Positions 1 to 8,034 of a DNA stretch of 25,506 bases are shown piece by piece (position 1 is the first letter of the stretch; each line of letters begins with the position of its first letter). The DNA lies in the IMG/VR virus record IMGVR_UViG_3300032047_000116, positions 1 to 25,506 of that record, one strand, 5' to 3'. The notes under the pieces are model-generated. The model saw only the letters and a list, made by a program, of their open reading frames with translations, did not search any database and was not told the DNA's origin. This stretch comes from a virus (lineage: Duplodnaviria > Caudoviricetes). Made by a program: the position numbers and the translations under genes.

Positions 1-150
1 GTTCAACAGCATGAAGCCATGACCAACGAAGAGCGCAGGGCGAAGACCGAAGCAGACAGGCTCGAAGAAAAAAAAGCGCGTGAAGCACAACGGCTCAAGG
101 CCGCTGAGGGCAACGCTACTCTTCCTCAGTTTCAACAGAACCCGGAATAG
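1..150 (+). CDS. 3' end of a hypothetical charged/coiled-coil protein (partial, convergent with the thermosome gene)
   Basis: Frame +1 is open from the window edge: VQQHEAMTNEERRAKTEADRLEEKKAREAQRLKAAEGNATLPQFQQNPE, then TAG at 148-150. Not in the ORF track. Confidence 0.6.
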   Translation, partial: VQQHEAMTNEERRAKTEADRLEEKKAREAQRLKAAEGNATLPQFQQNPE

Positions 151-245
151 GTAAGTTCCAAAACTTGCGCGAGCACCAATCAGCGAGCACGAAAAGCCCC
201 TCGAAGATAGCAACTGCTATCAAAAAGAACAATATCGAAGTCGGG

Positions 246-252
246 AAAAAAA
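246..252 (-). terminator. Candidate archaeal oligo-T terminator downstream of the thermosome gene
   Basis: A7 run on + (T7 on -) about 25 nt past the chaperonin stop codon, in a convergent intergenic gap. Confidence 0.4.
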
Positions 253-276
253 GTATTCCAAGCGTTCCCGATTCCA

Positions 277-1776
277 TCAAGTGCGCCTCGCAATAATATC
301 GTCAATGCGGAGGATTGAGCATGCAACCTCAGTCGCTGACTTGATGATTTGCTCAACAAGCGCGGCAGGTTCCCACACTCCATGCTCAATGCCTGTCTCA
401 GCGATGCTACCAACGCCTTCAAAGTCAATGTAAAGACCCATGTCTGCTGACACTGAACGCAATTCCATGACAACATCGAGTGCATCCATACCAGCGTTGC
501 TGGCGATAGCGGCAGGGATGATTTCAAGTGCATCAGCGAAGGCTTCCATGCACATACGCTCGCGCGCTGAGGATTGACGCTCAAGTGTGGCATGGTTGCG
601 AACAGACATAGCCAACTTGGAAAGCACTGCACCACCGCCGGGGTAAAGTCGCTGGTCCTTCATGTAAAGACATGCCACACCAAGCGCATCATCAAATGCT
701 CGCTCGTACTCGTCAAGGGTTTGCCTTGTAGCGCCACGAACAATCATGGTTATGCTATCACTTTCTTTACTCTCGATTGAAACATAGTCAAGGTCGCCGA
801 TTCTTAACGAAGACACTTTACCTTCAATGCGCGGGGCTTCATCCTCTGTAAATTCAGTAATGCGATGATGGATAGGCACGCCGATGATTCTCGAAACGCC
901 GTCAATGTCACTTTGTTGCACGCGACTAACAACTCCGATTTCCATCATGTCAAGATGCTTGGCAACTGCTTCGTGGATTCCGTCACGAACCATGACAACA
1001 TCACACATCTCAGCAATCTTGTGCGCAACATTGCTCAGTATTTGCATCTCTTGCTGTCGAATGGATTCAAGTTGAGCAGGGTCTTGGATTTGCATTTGCA
1101 CATCTTCGTAGTTGAACCCGTCAAGCCCACCGTCAAGGAGCAACACGCGCGGATTCTCTTTGCCAGCAAAGTCGGGATTGACAAACATCTTGTTGAGGAC
1201 GAGTCCACGATGGAGGTACGAGTCTGTCATATCTCCACCCGCTTGAGTCAAGGTACGAACGCGGTCAAGGTTACCATCCACGGCAAGCGCGGCCTTCTCG
1301 ACAAGTTGTGCGGCGAATCCAAGAGCAGACTCGGATGCTTTACCGCGCAATGCAGTTGCGGCAACATGGCATATCTCAACATCAGTGTCGCCCGAAGGCA
1401 TGCTCTCAAGAGCAACTCTTGACGACTTGTTGAAGGCGCGCACGATTGTTTGCGGGTGGATGCCACGCGCAAGCAGTCCTTCGCTCAGCGCAAGCATTTG
1501 ACCTGCAAGAACAACAACGCTTGTCGTACCGTCTTTGCATACTTCTTCTTGTGTTTGACTCGCTTGAACCATCATTTGCGCACCGGGGTGTGCAGTCTCA
1601 AGTTCTCGGAGGATTGTGATACCATCGTTGGTCACAATTGTTTCTCCGCGTTCGTCAACAAGCATCTTGTCCATACCAGCAGGGCCAAGCGTTGACCTTA
1701 CTGTTTCAGCGACCTGCACTGCGGCTCGTATGTTACTCATTTGGGCTTCTCTTCCAGTTTTTCTTTCTTCTGTCAT
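277..1776 (-). CDS. ths: Group II chaperonin (thermosome subunit)
   Basis: Motifs STLGPAGMDKMLVD, TNDGITIL, HPGAQM, KDGTTSVVVLAG (GDGTT variant), RGAT, RAFDDAL, PGGGA, FADALEIIP and SATEVACSILRIDDII. The helical-protrusion lid segment (QIQDPAQLESIRQQE) is present. Confidence 0.96.
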   Translation of the reverse strand: MTEERKTGREAQMSNIRAAVQVAETVRSTLGPAGMDKMLVDERGETIVTNDGITILRELETAHPGAQMMVQASQTQEEVCKDGTTSVVVLAGQMLALSEGLLARGIHPQTIVRAFNKSSRVALESMPSGDTDVEICHVAATALRGKASESALGFAAQLVEKAALAVDGNLDRVRTLTQAGGDMTDSYLHRGLVLNKMFVNPDFAGKENPRVLLLDGGLDGFNYEDVQMQIQDPAQLESIRQQEMQILSNVAHKIAEMCDVVMVRDGIHEAVAKHLDMMEIGVVSRVQQSDIDGVSRIIGVPIHHRITEFTEDEAPRIEGKVSSLRIGDLDYVSIESKESDSITMIVRGATRQTLDEYERAFDDALGVACLYMKDQRLYPGGGAVLSKLAMSVRNHATLERQSSARERMCMEAFADALEIIPAAIASNAGMDALDVVMELRSVSADMGLYIDFEGVGSIAETGIEHGVWEPAALVEQIIKSATEVACSILRIDDIIARRT

Positions 1777-1783
1777 GTGGGGT

Positions 1784-2389
1784 TCACCATCCTATGTGGT
1801 ATTCTTCAATCAAACCTGTCTCTTCATTACGGCCTTTCACAAAGCCTTCGTTTCTTCCATGAAGAAACAAGTCATGATTGAGTTTGCAGTCTGCTATGCA
1901 GTATTTGATAACCTCAGCGTATCGCCCTTCTTTCCAAGCGACGGGCGCGTCTGCTGAGTCCATAATTTCCTTTCCTTTACCGAGTGTATGCTTGCACAAC
2001 GAATTAAGGTGGTGGCTTTTGCCACACGCGCTTCTCAGCGACCAAGAAGTATCGACCATGCTATCCTTCTTGTTGAGAAGAACACCAGCATAGTGCATGT
2101 CAAGCGCGTCTCGGAGAACGGGTAAGTCGAAGCCTCGGATGTTGTGTCCAACCACGATACCTCCCTCGTCAACATGCTTCTTGAGGTGCTCACCAAGTTC
2201 ACGGGGATGGAGAGGGTGCATGTGCGCGTCTGCTACAATTACATCGTCAGCCTTGCTAAACACATGTGCTTCTTCACCATCCCATGTAGCCACAACTGTT
2301 GGCTCAAACAGGTGAGTGTTTCCCCACCCTCCAATCTCATGAGAGAAATTAGCCGTTTCAATATCAAGTGCCATTACTTTATTGCTCAT
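1784..2389 (-). CDS. DEDD/RNase H-like 3'-5' exonuclease (RNase_H_2/PolB-exo-like)
   Basis: ExoI ALDIET, ExoII GHNIRGFDLPVL and ExoIII YCIADC. Likely ATG at 2389. Confidence 0.85.
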   Translation of the reverse strand: MSNKVMALDIETANFSHEIGGWGNTHLFEPTVVATWDGEEAHVFSKADDVIVADAHMHPLHPRELGEHLKKHVDEGGIVVGHNIRGFDLPVLRDALDMHYAGVLLNKKDSMVDTSWSLRSACGKSHHLNSLCKHTLGKGKEIMDSADAPVAWKEGRYAEVIKYCIADCKLNHDLFLHGRNEGFVKGRNEETGLIEEYHIGW

Positions 2390-2391
2390 AC

Positions 2392-3816
2392 TCAATCCTC
2401 CTTGAAACGGACATACACAGAGTTGCCGACACGGTAGGTGGTGAAAAGACCTTCCACATCTTTGAACCGCTTGTAAACAGTCGGCTTGCTCTTTCCGAGT
2501 TGGTTAGCGTATCGGTCAAACATGTCGTTCTTGAGAACCCAACCGCTACCTCTACCTTCAATGTCACTGCTCTTGCAGGCTTTGAAAGCGTTGCTCCATT
2601 CATCTTTGCGCGCGGCTTTCTCAGCGGCTTTGGCTCCAACCTCAACTTCGGACTCAAGCCAAAGAACAAGTTGTTCGTAAATGTCGTAAAGAATTTCAGT
2701 TGCCATCTCAACATCGTCGCCAGTGACTTTCCACTCACCGTCAACAGGTGTATCGTCGCGCATCACTCTCATCAAAGCAAGGTGTGTTGCGAAAACAACA
2801 GTGTAGTTGAGGATGTTGGGGATGAAAGAACAAACAACATCCGACAAATGCTTCTCCATGCCGCGAACCAGTGTGTAGTATTCTTCGACGGAAGCGAGCA
2901 CTTGAGGCTCAAAGGAAGCGTCGATGGTAAACATCTCCTGCATGCAACCTCGCGCAACCTCTTCCTTTCCAGCAGGAGTGAGTCCTTCCCATGCATCTTC
3001 CGTCATGTTTGAAAGAAGCAAGAGGCGCTCTTGGGTTTTGATTTTGATTTCTTTGAAGTGGACTGCAATATCATCGAGTGATTGCACTTCAGTCAACTTG
3101 TTCTTGAAAACACCAGCCATCCTGCGCTCCGATACCATTTGTCGCATGTCATCGCTCCACGGTCTGTAAAGCAGCAAAACACGCTGGAACAATCCTTTGG
3201 TCAAAACATACTCTTTCACTCCACTCGGAGGGAATGATGTAATCCAAAATGATACGCGGGATTCTGTTTCCACTTTACCGTTCTTCATGTGTTTAGTCAA
3301 GGTATTACTGTGACTTCCGACAGGATTCATCGCTTGTTGTAGGTACAAGATAACTTCCGAAAAGAATTGCTTAGGGTTGGATTGAAGAAGGATTGAACCT
3401 TCATCAAAATTCAAGCACTTGTTACCGCCAAGCAACCCTTCGTTCTGCACAAGTTCGTATCCTCCATCGCCGTCACTCACTGAGTCAATTGACCCTATTA
3501 GCGCGCTGTCTGTTCCACTTGTGAACATGTCAATGTTCAATCCTGCTTTGTCTGCTACTTCGCCTGTAAATTCCCAAGCGATTGACTTACCGGACCGCGT
3601 TGCTTGAATCCAAAACACATGGATTCTTGGGTCAAGTGCCGAAGCCCATACGGGGATTCGCACATAGTCAACAAGGGCTTGCCCTTGTAGGTAGAAGAAG
3701 GAAATGAGGCCGGGGACTTCGTTGAAAAACGAGGTCGTCCGAAATCTCTCAAGGTATTCCTTCATCATCGGGTATTCTTTCACTGCGGTGTACTGGTTCC
3801 ATTGTCTTTGGGGCAT
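2392..3816 (-). CDS. MCM-like AAA+ replicative helicase (divergent, short N-terminus, C-terminal wHTH)
   Basis: HVFWIQATRSGKS (Walker A variant), MCM-like TSGTDSALIGS followed by YELVQNEGLL, Walker B LNFDEG, LQQAM, GLFQRVLL (Arg finger) and VTGDDVEMA. Confidence 0.7.
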   Translation of the reverse strand: MPQRQWNQYTAVKEYPMMKEYLERFRTTSFFNEVPGLISFFYLQGQALVDYVRIPVWASALDPRIHVFWIQATRSGKSIAWEFTGEVADKAGLNIDMFTSGTDSALIGSIDSVSDGDGGYELVQNEGLLGGNKCLNFDEGSILLQSNPKQFFSEVILYLQQAMNPVGSHSNTLTKHMKNGKVETESRVSFWITSFPPSGVKEYVLTKGLFQRVLLLYRPWSDDMRQMVSERRMAGVFKNKLTEVQSLDDIAVHFKEIKIKTQERLLLLSNMTEDAWEGLTPAGKEEVARGCMQEMFTIDASFEPQVLASVEEYYTLVRGMEKHLSDVVCSFIPNILNYTVVFATHLALMRVMRDDTPVDGEWKVTGDDVEMATEILYDIYEQLVLWLESEVEVGAKAAEKAARKDEWSNAFKACKSSDIEGRGSGWVLKNDMFDRYANQLGKSKPTVYKRFKDVEGLFTTYRVGNSVYVRFKED

Positions 3817-3867
3817 ATTTTCTGTCTCCTTTGGGGGGCGGATGACTCTTGGGGTATGGTGGTCAGC

Positions 3868-3890
3868 CTATAACCATTTCTTGTTTTATC
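3868..3890 (-). promoter_or_regulatory. Candidate archaeal BRE/TATA promoter for the helicase-exonuclease-thermosome operon
   Basis: The minus strand reads AAAACAAGAAATGG-TTATAG about 53 nt upstream of ATG 3816, with an AGGAG RBS before the start. Confidence 0.4.
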
Positions 3891-3902
3891 AATTATCACT
3901 AT
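3889..3902 (-). repeat. 14-bp motif ATAGTGATAATTGA (copy 1) in AT-rich intergenic island A
   Basis: The + strand TCAATTATCACTAT is the exact reverse complement of 15015-15028. Confidence 0.85.
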
Positions 3903-3952
3903 GTTGTTATAAGGATAAAAGATTGTCTTTTTACAGAGAGTAATCATAATAA

Positions 3953-4642
3953 TCACTTCTCTATGCGAACTTCTTGTTCGCTTGTGAGCACTTGCGTAAC
4001 TCTGTTGCGCAACACCTTCCCCATACGGGGAACATCGCGCAAACAATCTCCACATGCGGCTTCTTCAATAGAACCACATGCTTTGAGGATAGCGTCAACC
4101 ATATCGGGGCCGATGCCGGGTATTGTTATCAACATATCAGCGCGTACATCGTTTGTACTAACGCGGCGTACTGCTTGCGCTCCATGCCGACTTGCTTTTT
4201 TGTAGGTTTTCTCATGAAGGGCGACCATGAAAGCCGCCGCTTCACTTGCGTTGGGTGCTCGATAGATGAGGCAACCGAAATCGGCAACCACTCGACCGAG
4301 GAATCCAGTCATTTGCTTAAGGGCTTGACTGGCTGTTATTGTTGAACCACGGTCGCGCGCTCTGCGGACATAACCTGCTATGTCTCCCCATATCACTAAA
4401 CCGTAGTTCCCATCATTAGCGTCCATGTTATCCAACTGACGCATGAGGTGTCCTGTTCTCATGGATGAGAAGAGGTCGTCAACGCTCTTGGCTTCGATGA
4501 GCCAGTCACCACATTTGTAATCTCCATTGATGAGTTTTTGTCTCAACACATCAATACGGGGAGAGCGTGATTTCGCGCGTCGCTCAAGTGCTGAAACAAG
4601 AGAGCCACGCTCGTTGGTGTCAATAATGAGAGGTGGTTTCAT
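3953..4642 (-). CDS. ERCC4/XPF (Hef/Mus81-like) structure-specific endonuclease with C-terminal HhH motifs
   Basis: IIDTNE, GDY and IEAKSVDDL (ERKxxxD-like) motifs; HhH motifs IPGIGPDM and VPRMGKVL. Confidence 0.9.
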   Translation of the reverse strand: MKPPLIIDTNERGSLVSALERRAKSRSPRIDVLRQKLINGDYKCGDWLIEAKSVDDLFSSMRTGHLMRQLDNMDANDGNYGLVIWGDIAGYVRRARDRGSTITASQALKQMTGFLGRVVADFGCLIYRAPNASEAAAFMVALHEKTYKKASRHGAQAVRRVSTNDVRADMLITIPGIGPDMVDAILKACGSIEEAACGDCLRDVPRMGKVLRNRVTQVLTSEQEVRIEK

Positions 4643-4887
4643 TTAACCAATCTCCAAACTTTAACATCGTAATTCTGCCCGTGACCAGTATCATCAATCA
4701 CGCGCTCTTCGCCTGCTTCCGCAAATTCCTTTGACCTGCTGAGTAAGTTGCCTAAACTCGGCATACTTGGGGCAGTGCGAGGCCATCGTTCTTTGAGAGT
4801 GTAGTATAAATTAGCGGTGTTCATATCTCCTTCTTTGAGAATCTTGATTATGCGATTTATCGTTATAATGTTTCGTCGCTTCTTCAT
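4639..4887 (-). CDS. Small winged-helix DNA-binding protein
   Basis: ATG 4887 overlaps the primase stop. The pattern IIKILKEGDMNTANLYYTL...PSMPSLGNLL...VWRL is wHTH-like. Confidence 0.6.
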   Translation of the reverse strand: MKKRRNIITINRIIKILKEGDMNTANLYYTLKERWPRTAPSMPSLGNLLSRSKEFAEAGEERVIDDTGHGQNYDVKVWRLVK

Positions 4888-5966
4888 TGACCCACCTCGA
4901 ACTCTCCTGTCCCATCCCATAATTGACAGCGACCGACACAAAGACCTTTCCCAATCAAACTTTCACAGCGTTCCATGTATCCTCCATCAACGATGGAGCG
5001 TATTTGATACTCGGTGACAGAGGGGTCGTAGTCAGCCCACTGAAGCGTCTTGATGAAATTATGAAGGGTCAACATGTGCTTCTCTCTCATCTGCACAGTG
5101 GTTCGTTGAACAGGAAGGAAGTTTCGCAATCGCGATGCAAGGTAAATTGCAAGACTCGCGCGACTGATATGCGGAGGGTTGCTACCGACTTGGCAAGCAG
5201 ACTCCATGAGGCATGGAAGAATCTTGATGCCCCCCATCTTGACAGTATCGAACTCGACTGGTTCGCCTGTGACTTTGAATTGGCTTTTCTTCACTTCGGA
5301 TACTGGCAAATTAACACCCTTTGTTCCATAGAAGAAAGCAGTGTTGCGTGGCTCTTGAGCCATGTCACATATCTGCTCCCATGACAAAGTAAGCAACTCG
5401 TTACTTTCAAGCGGAATGCTCCATCGGAGCACATGTTGTTTAGCGTTGTAAGAGTTGGGGACTCGTATGACTCGCGCCATGTCAAATGGAACGGTCGGGT
5501 CCATGCAATACAATTCCATGTCTTTCTTCCACTTGTTGATGACTTTCTTCCCTGCCGCTTTAATGTGAGACACTTGCGCACCAGTGGATGGGAGATGAGT
5601 CTTGTCAAGGGAAATCCAAATGTGAAATCCATTGCCGCTAAACCAAACACCGTGGTTGATGTTTTCTTCCAGCAGGTATGCTTGGAGACGACGAACTTGC
5701 TCAACAACCTCATCGCCGTCAACCTCAACCATGTTGCTCCCTTTGCGGTACTTCTTGTCAAAGTCCAGCACGAAGTTGCTGACAACAGCGGTGTTGTATT
5801 CCGCGCGCCGTCCGTTAGGCTTCAATGCTCGGAAGCCATAAACCGACATGTAAGCGCACTGCGAGTTTTCAAGGCTCTTCCAGTATCTTTCAAACTCACT
5901 TTGGTTGTGAACAATTTTTCGGAATAGACCGACTTCTTTAGGAAAGTCGAACTTAAGGGGTTTCAT
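4884..5966 (-). CDS. Archaeo-eukaryotic primase: catalytic PriS domain fused to a PriL-like Fe-S C-terminal domain
   Basis: AEP motifs LDFD, FSGNGFHIW and DMARVIRVPNSYN. C-terminal LPCL..., PPHISR and YMERCESLIGKGLCVGRC resemble the PriL C-terminal domain. Confidence 0.88.
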   Translation of the reverse strand: MKPLKFDFPKEVGLFRKIVHNQSEFERYWKSLENSQCAYMSVYGFRALKPNGRRAEYNTAVVSNFVLDFDKKYRKGSNMVEVDGDEVVEQVRRLQAYLLEENINHGVWFSGNGFHIWISLDKTHLPSTGAQVSHIKAAGKKVINKWKKDMELYCMDPTVPFDMARVIRVPNSYNAKQHVLRWSIPLESNELLTLSWEQICDMAQEPRNTAFFYGTKGVNLPVSEVKKSQFKVTGEPVEFDTVKMGGIKILPCLMESACQVGSNPPHISRASLAIYLASRLRNFLPVQRTTVQMREKHMLTLHNFIKTLQWADYDPSVTEYQIRSIVDGGYMERCESLIGKGLCVGRCQLWDGTGEFEVGQ

Positions 5967-6105
5967 CGGTATCAAACCTCATTCCAGCAGTGACAGCAAA
6001 CTCAAGCACCTTGTCGATGCAAGAGAAACAAACAGCGCGCTTTGCATATCGCATTGCTATACCACCCTTGTCCCATCCACACAGTTCACACAGTCTTCCG
6101 TTCAT
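5953..6105 (-). CDS. Zn-finger microprotein
   Basis: CELC...CFSC; ATG 6105 is coupled to the upstream stop; GAGGTGA RBS. Confidence 0.65.
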   Translation of the reverse strand: MNGRLCELCGWDKGGIAMRYAKRAVCFSCIDKVLEFAVTAGMRFDTDETP

Positions 6106-7022
6106 TCGCTCACCTCTATTGCATACTTCGGACATAGTTCAAGGTAGTTGCAATATCCACACTTGAAATCTTGCTTCGTTGGAGGGAAGTGATTGTCAAG
6201 ATACATCTTGATGAGGTCATTGAGGCGCTTCATCATTGCACGCTCACTGACTTTCTTGACAGGTTCAATCATCCAATGGTCGGCGGCTGAATATCGCCAC
6301 CCCCAATGGGTGACAGGTCTGTCAATGCCGCGCTCCTGTAAGTAAGCACTGTCGCAGTTTTCAATCAAGAATTTGTAGTAGGCCATTTCTTTCCTCATCT
6401 CCGTCGCTTTGTTATCCTTCCACTTACCCGTCTTCAACTCATAGAGCATGAGTCCACCATCTTCCGCTTCAAACACACGGTCAATGATGCCGACAAACTG
6501 CACAGGAACTATACCGTAGCCCACAATATCCATGTCAATCTTCACTTCAATACGAACTTCGTTCGCAAGGGGCATTGGATTCTTAGGGTTCATCTTCATA
6601 CGCGCGTTCTCAAACTCCATCAGCCATTTCATGTTTCGGTAGTAATCCTCATGATAGAAGGGGAAGTCTTTGTTCTCTGCGCGACGATTCTCAATGATTG
6701 TTTTCTCAGTTGGAATCATCTTCGTAAGGTATTCGCTCATGTCTGCCTTGTTCTTAGCAAGGTGTTTGATAGTCTTAATCAAATGTGGCTTTTTCTCAAT
6801 GTGTTGATAGAAGAGGTCAAGTCCGTTGTGAACATCGTCACCAAGAACAAGATGCTTGACCAAGCCTTGTGGCTTGCGGTAGTTTTGTTCAAGCCACATC
6901 TGTTGTACGCACCACCCAATCGAACCAGCGGTTGATTTACTGATGCGGATGATGATACCATCTTTACCCATTTCGGGAGTCCAGCAGTAGGATGAACCAT
7001 CGTCGTAAATCTTAGCAGTCAT
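6102..7022 (-). CDS. Cas4/AddB-like PD-(D/E)XK exonuclease with 4-Cys Fe-S staple
   Basis: N-terminal Cys (WCVQQ), LGDDVH, GIIDRV, YELKTG, EMAYY and C-terminal CGYCNYLELC. Confidence 0.85.
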   Translation of the reverse strand: MTAKIYDDGSSYCWTPEMGKDGIIIRISKSTAGSIGWCVQQMWLEQNYRKPQGLVKHLVLGDDVHNGLDLFYQHIEKKPHLIKTIKHLAKNKADMSEYLTKMIPTEKTIIENRRAENKDFPFYHEDYYRNMKWLMEFENARMKMNPKNPMPLANEVRIEVKIDMDIVGYGIVPVQFVGIIDRVFEAEDGGLMLYELKTGKWKDNKATEMRKEMAYYKFLIENCDSAYLQERGIDRPVTHWGWRYSAADHWMIEPVKKVSERAMMKRLNDLIKMYLDNHFPPTKQDFKCGYCNYLELCPKYAIEVSE

Positions 7023-7405
7023 TGAATCGCCCCCTCTTTTCTTTCAACACTGTATTCCTTGTAGCATTTACCACAAAGGCGCACCGTGAGTTTGCTGTGT
7101 TGAGGGAGGAAGCGTAGTGGTTTGGTCTTCTGCTTATCAACCCACAGGAGAGTCCCCTCTTCGTTGGCTCGTTGAAGATTATTGACGAGCCATTCTTCAT
7201 CTTCGTGAGGCCGGAAGCATGATTCGCATTGAAGGTGCGTGCAAATTTCACTGTCACAGTCGCCCACTTGGTGAGTCTCACCTACGCCTTCGCCACCATC
7301 ACACCAACAGTCACAGCCGTCATCCGAGCGATGACCGCATTCCAATGCGGGGTTTTGGTAATCGTCAAACGCGCCCCAGTTCATTCCGGGTGGATAATTA
7401 TCCAT
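7019..7405 (-). CDS. Cys-rich hypothetical protein (multiple Zn-binding motifs)
   Basis: CGH, CDCWC, CESC and CGKC motifs; GGAGGTG RBS before ATG 7405. Confidence 0.65.
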   Translation of the reverse strand: MDNYPPGMNWGAFDDYQNPALECGHRSDDGCDCWCDGGEGVGETHQVGDCDSEICTHLQCESCFRPHEDEEWLVNNLQRANEEGTLLWVDKQKTKPLRFLPQHSKLTVRLCGKCYKEYSVERKEGAIQ

Positions 7406-7697
7406 GAAACGCACCTCCGCCTTCGCCTCGGTCCATTTCACGCGACATGTTCCTCAATGCAATTTGCTTTGAGCGCTTGATACTTTCAGTATTAACCATG
7501 TAGAGTTCTTCATCAAGATTCGGCGTTCTTATTTTAACGACAGTGGCTTGAGGAATGAGGGTGTAGTAGTCATCCCCTCCTGTGTTTGTCTTTACCCCAA
7601 GATAGTCGCTGAATAGCGCATCTCCGAAAAAGAGTTCACCTGTCAGTTGCTTGACTTCTTTGGTTCCTGTTTCAAAATAATCAATCACGACTTGCAT
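7398..7697 (-). CDS. Hypothetical protein
   Basis: 99-aa ORF in the coupled operon with a GGGGTGA RBS. Confidence 0.65.
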   Translation of the reverse strand: MQVVIDYFETGTKEVKQLTGELFFGDALFSDYLGVKTNTGGDDYYTLIPQATVVKIRTPNLDEELYMVNTESIKRSKQIALRNMSREMDRGEGGGAFHG

Positions 7698-7817
7698 TCA
7701 ATCACCCCTCAATGTTTTAGTGATGCGTCTCTGCTTTTTGTGGCAATGCAAACACACTCCAGTTAGAGGATGTACCGCGTTCACAATTTTTGAGCATTTT
7801 TTGCATCTTCGATTCAT
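7698..7817 (-). CDS. 39-aa Zn-finger microprotein (not in ORF track)
   Basis: MNRRCKKCSKIVNAVHPLTGVCLHCHKKQRRITKTLRGD*. It has an ATGA overlap upstream, abuts the next ATG and exactly fills the gap. Confidence 0.7.
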   Translation of the reverse strand: MNRRCKKCSKIVNAVHPLTGVCLHCHKKQRRITKTLRGD

Positions 7818-8029
7818 GACTGTCCCACCTTTGTTGGCACATGCAGTCTATTGATGAGAGGCAGTTCGGGGAACATGTCTTGCAGTTCACTGATAGCGCG
7901 GGCTAACTTCGCAGTGTCCGTTGCGTTTGCGTAATCTACATCAAGTTGGTCGTTGAGGTCTTGAACGAGTTCTTCAAGTTCAATGATTCGGGCTTCAAGT
8001 TCTTTTTGTTTTTGTTCTGTTTTTGTCAT
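7814..8029 (-). CDS. Small coiled-coil protein
   Basis: Heptad pattern KQKELEARIIELEELVQDLNDQL; GGTGA RBS before ATG 8029. Confidence 0.65.
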   Translation of the reverse strand: MTKTEQKQKELEARIIELEELVQDLNDQLDVDYANATDTAKLARAISELQDMFPELPLINRLHVPTKVGQS

Positions 8030-8034
8030 GGTAA

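Noticed and set aside
180-635. 151-aa minus-strand ORF overlapping the thermosome 3' end
   Set aside because: It is an alternative frame of a conserved gene with no independent support.
3780-4055. 91-aa ORF spanning AT-rich island A
   Set aside because: It overlaps both neighbouring genes, has no clear RBS and crosses a compositionally non-coding tract.
6102-7022. CRISPR-Cas locus suggested by the Cas4-like gene
   Set aside because: There is no cas1, cas2 or array. Solo Cas4-like nucleases are common in archaeal virus replication modules.
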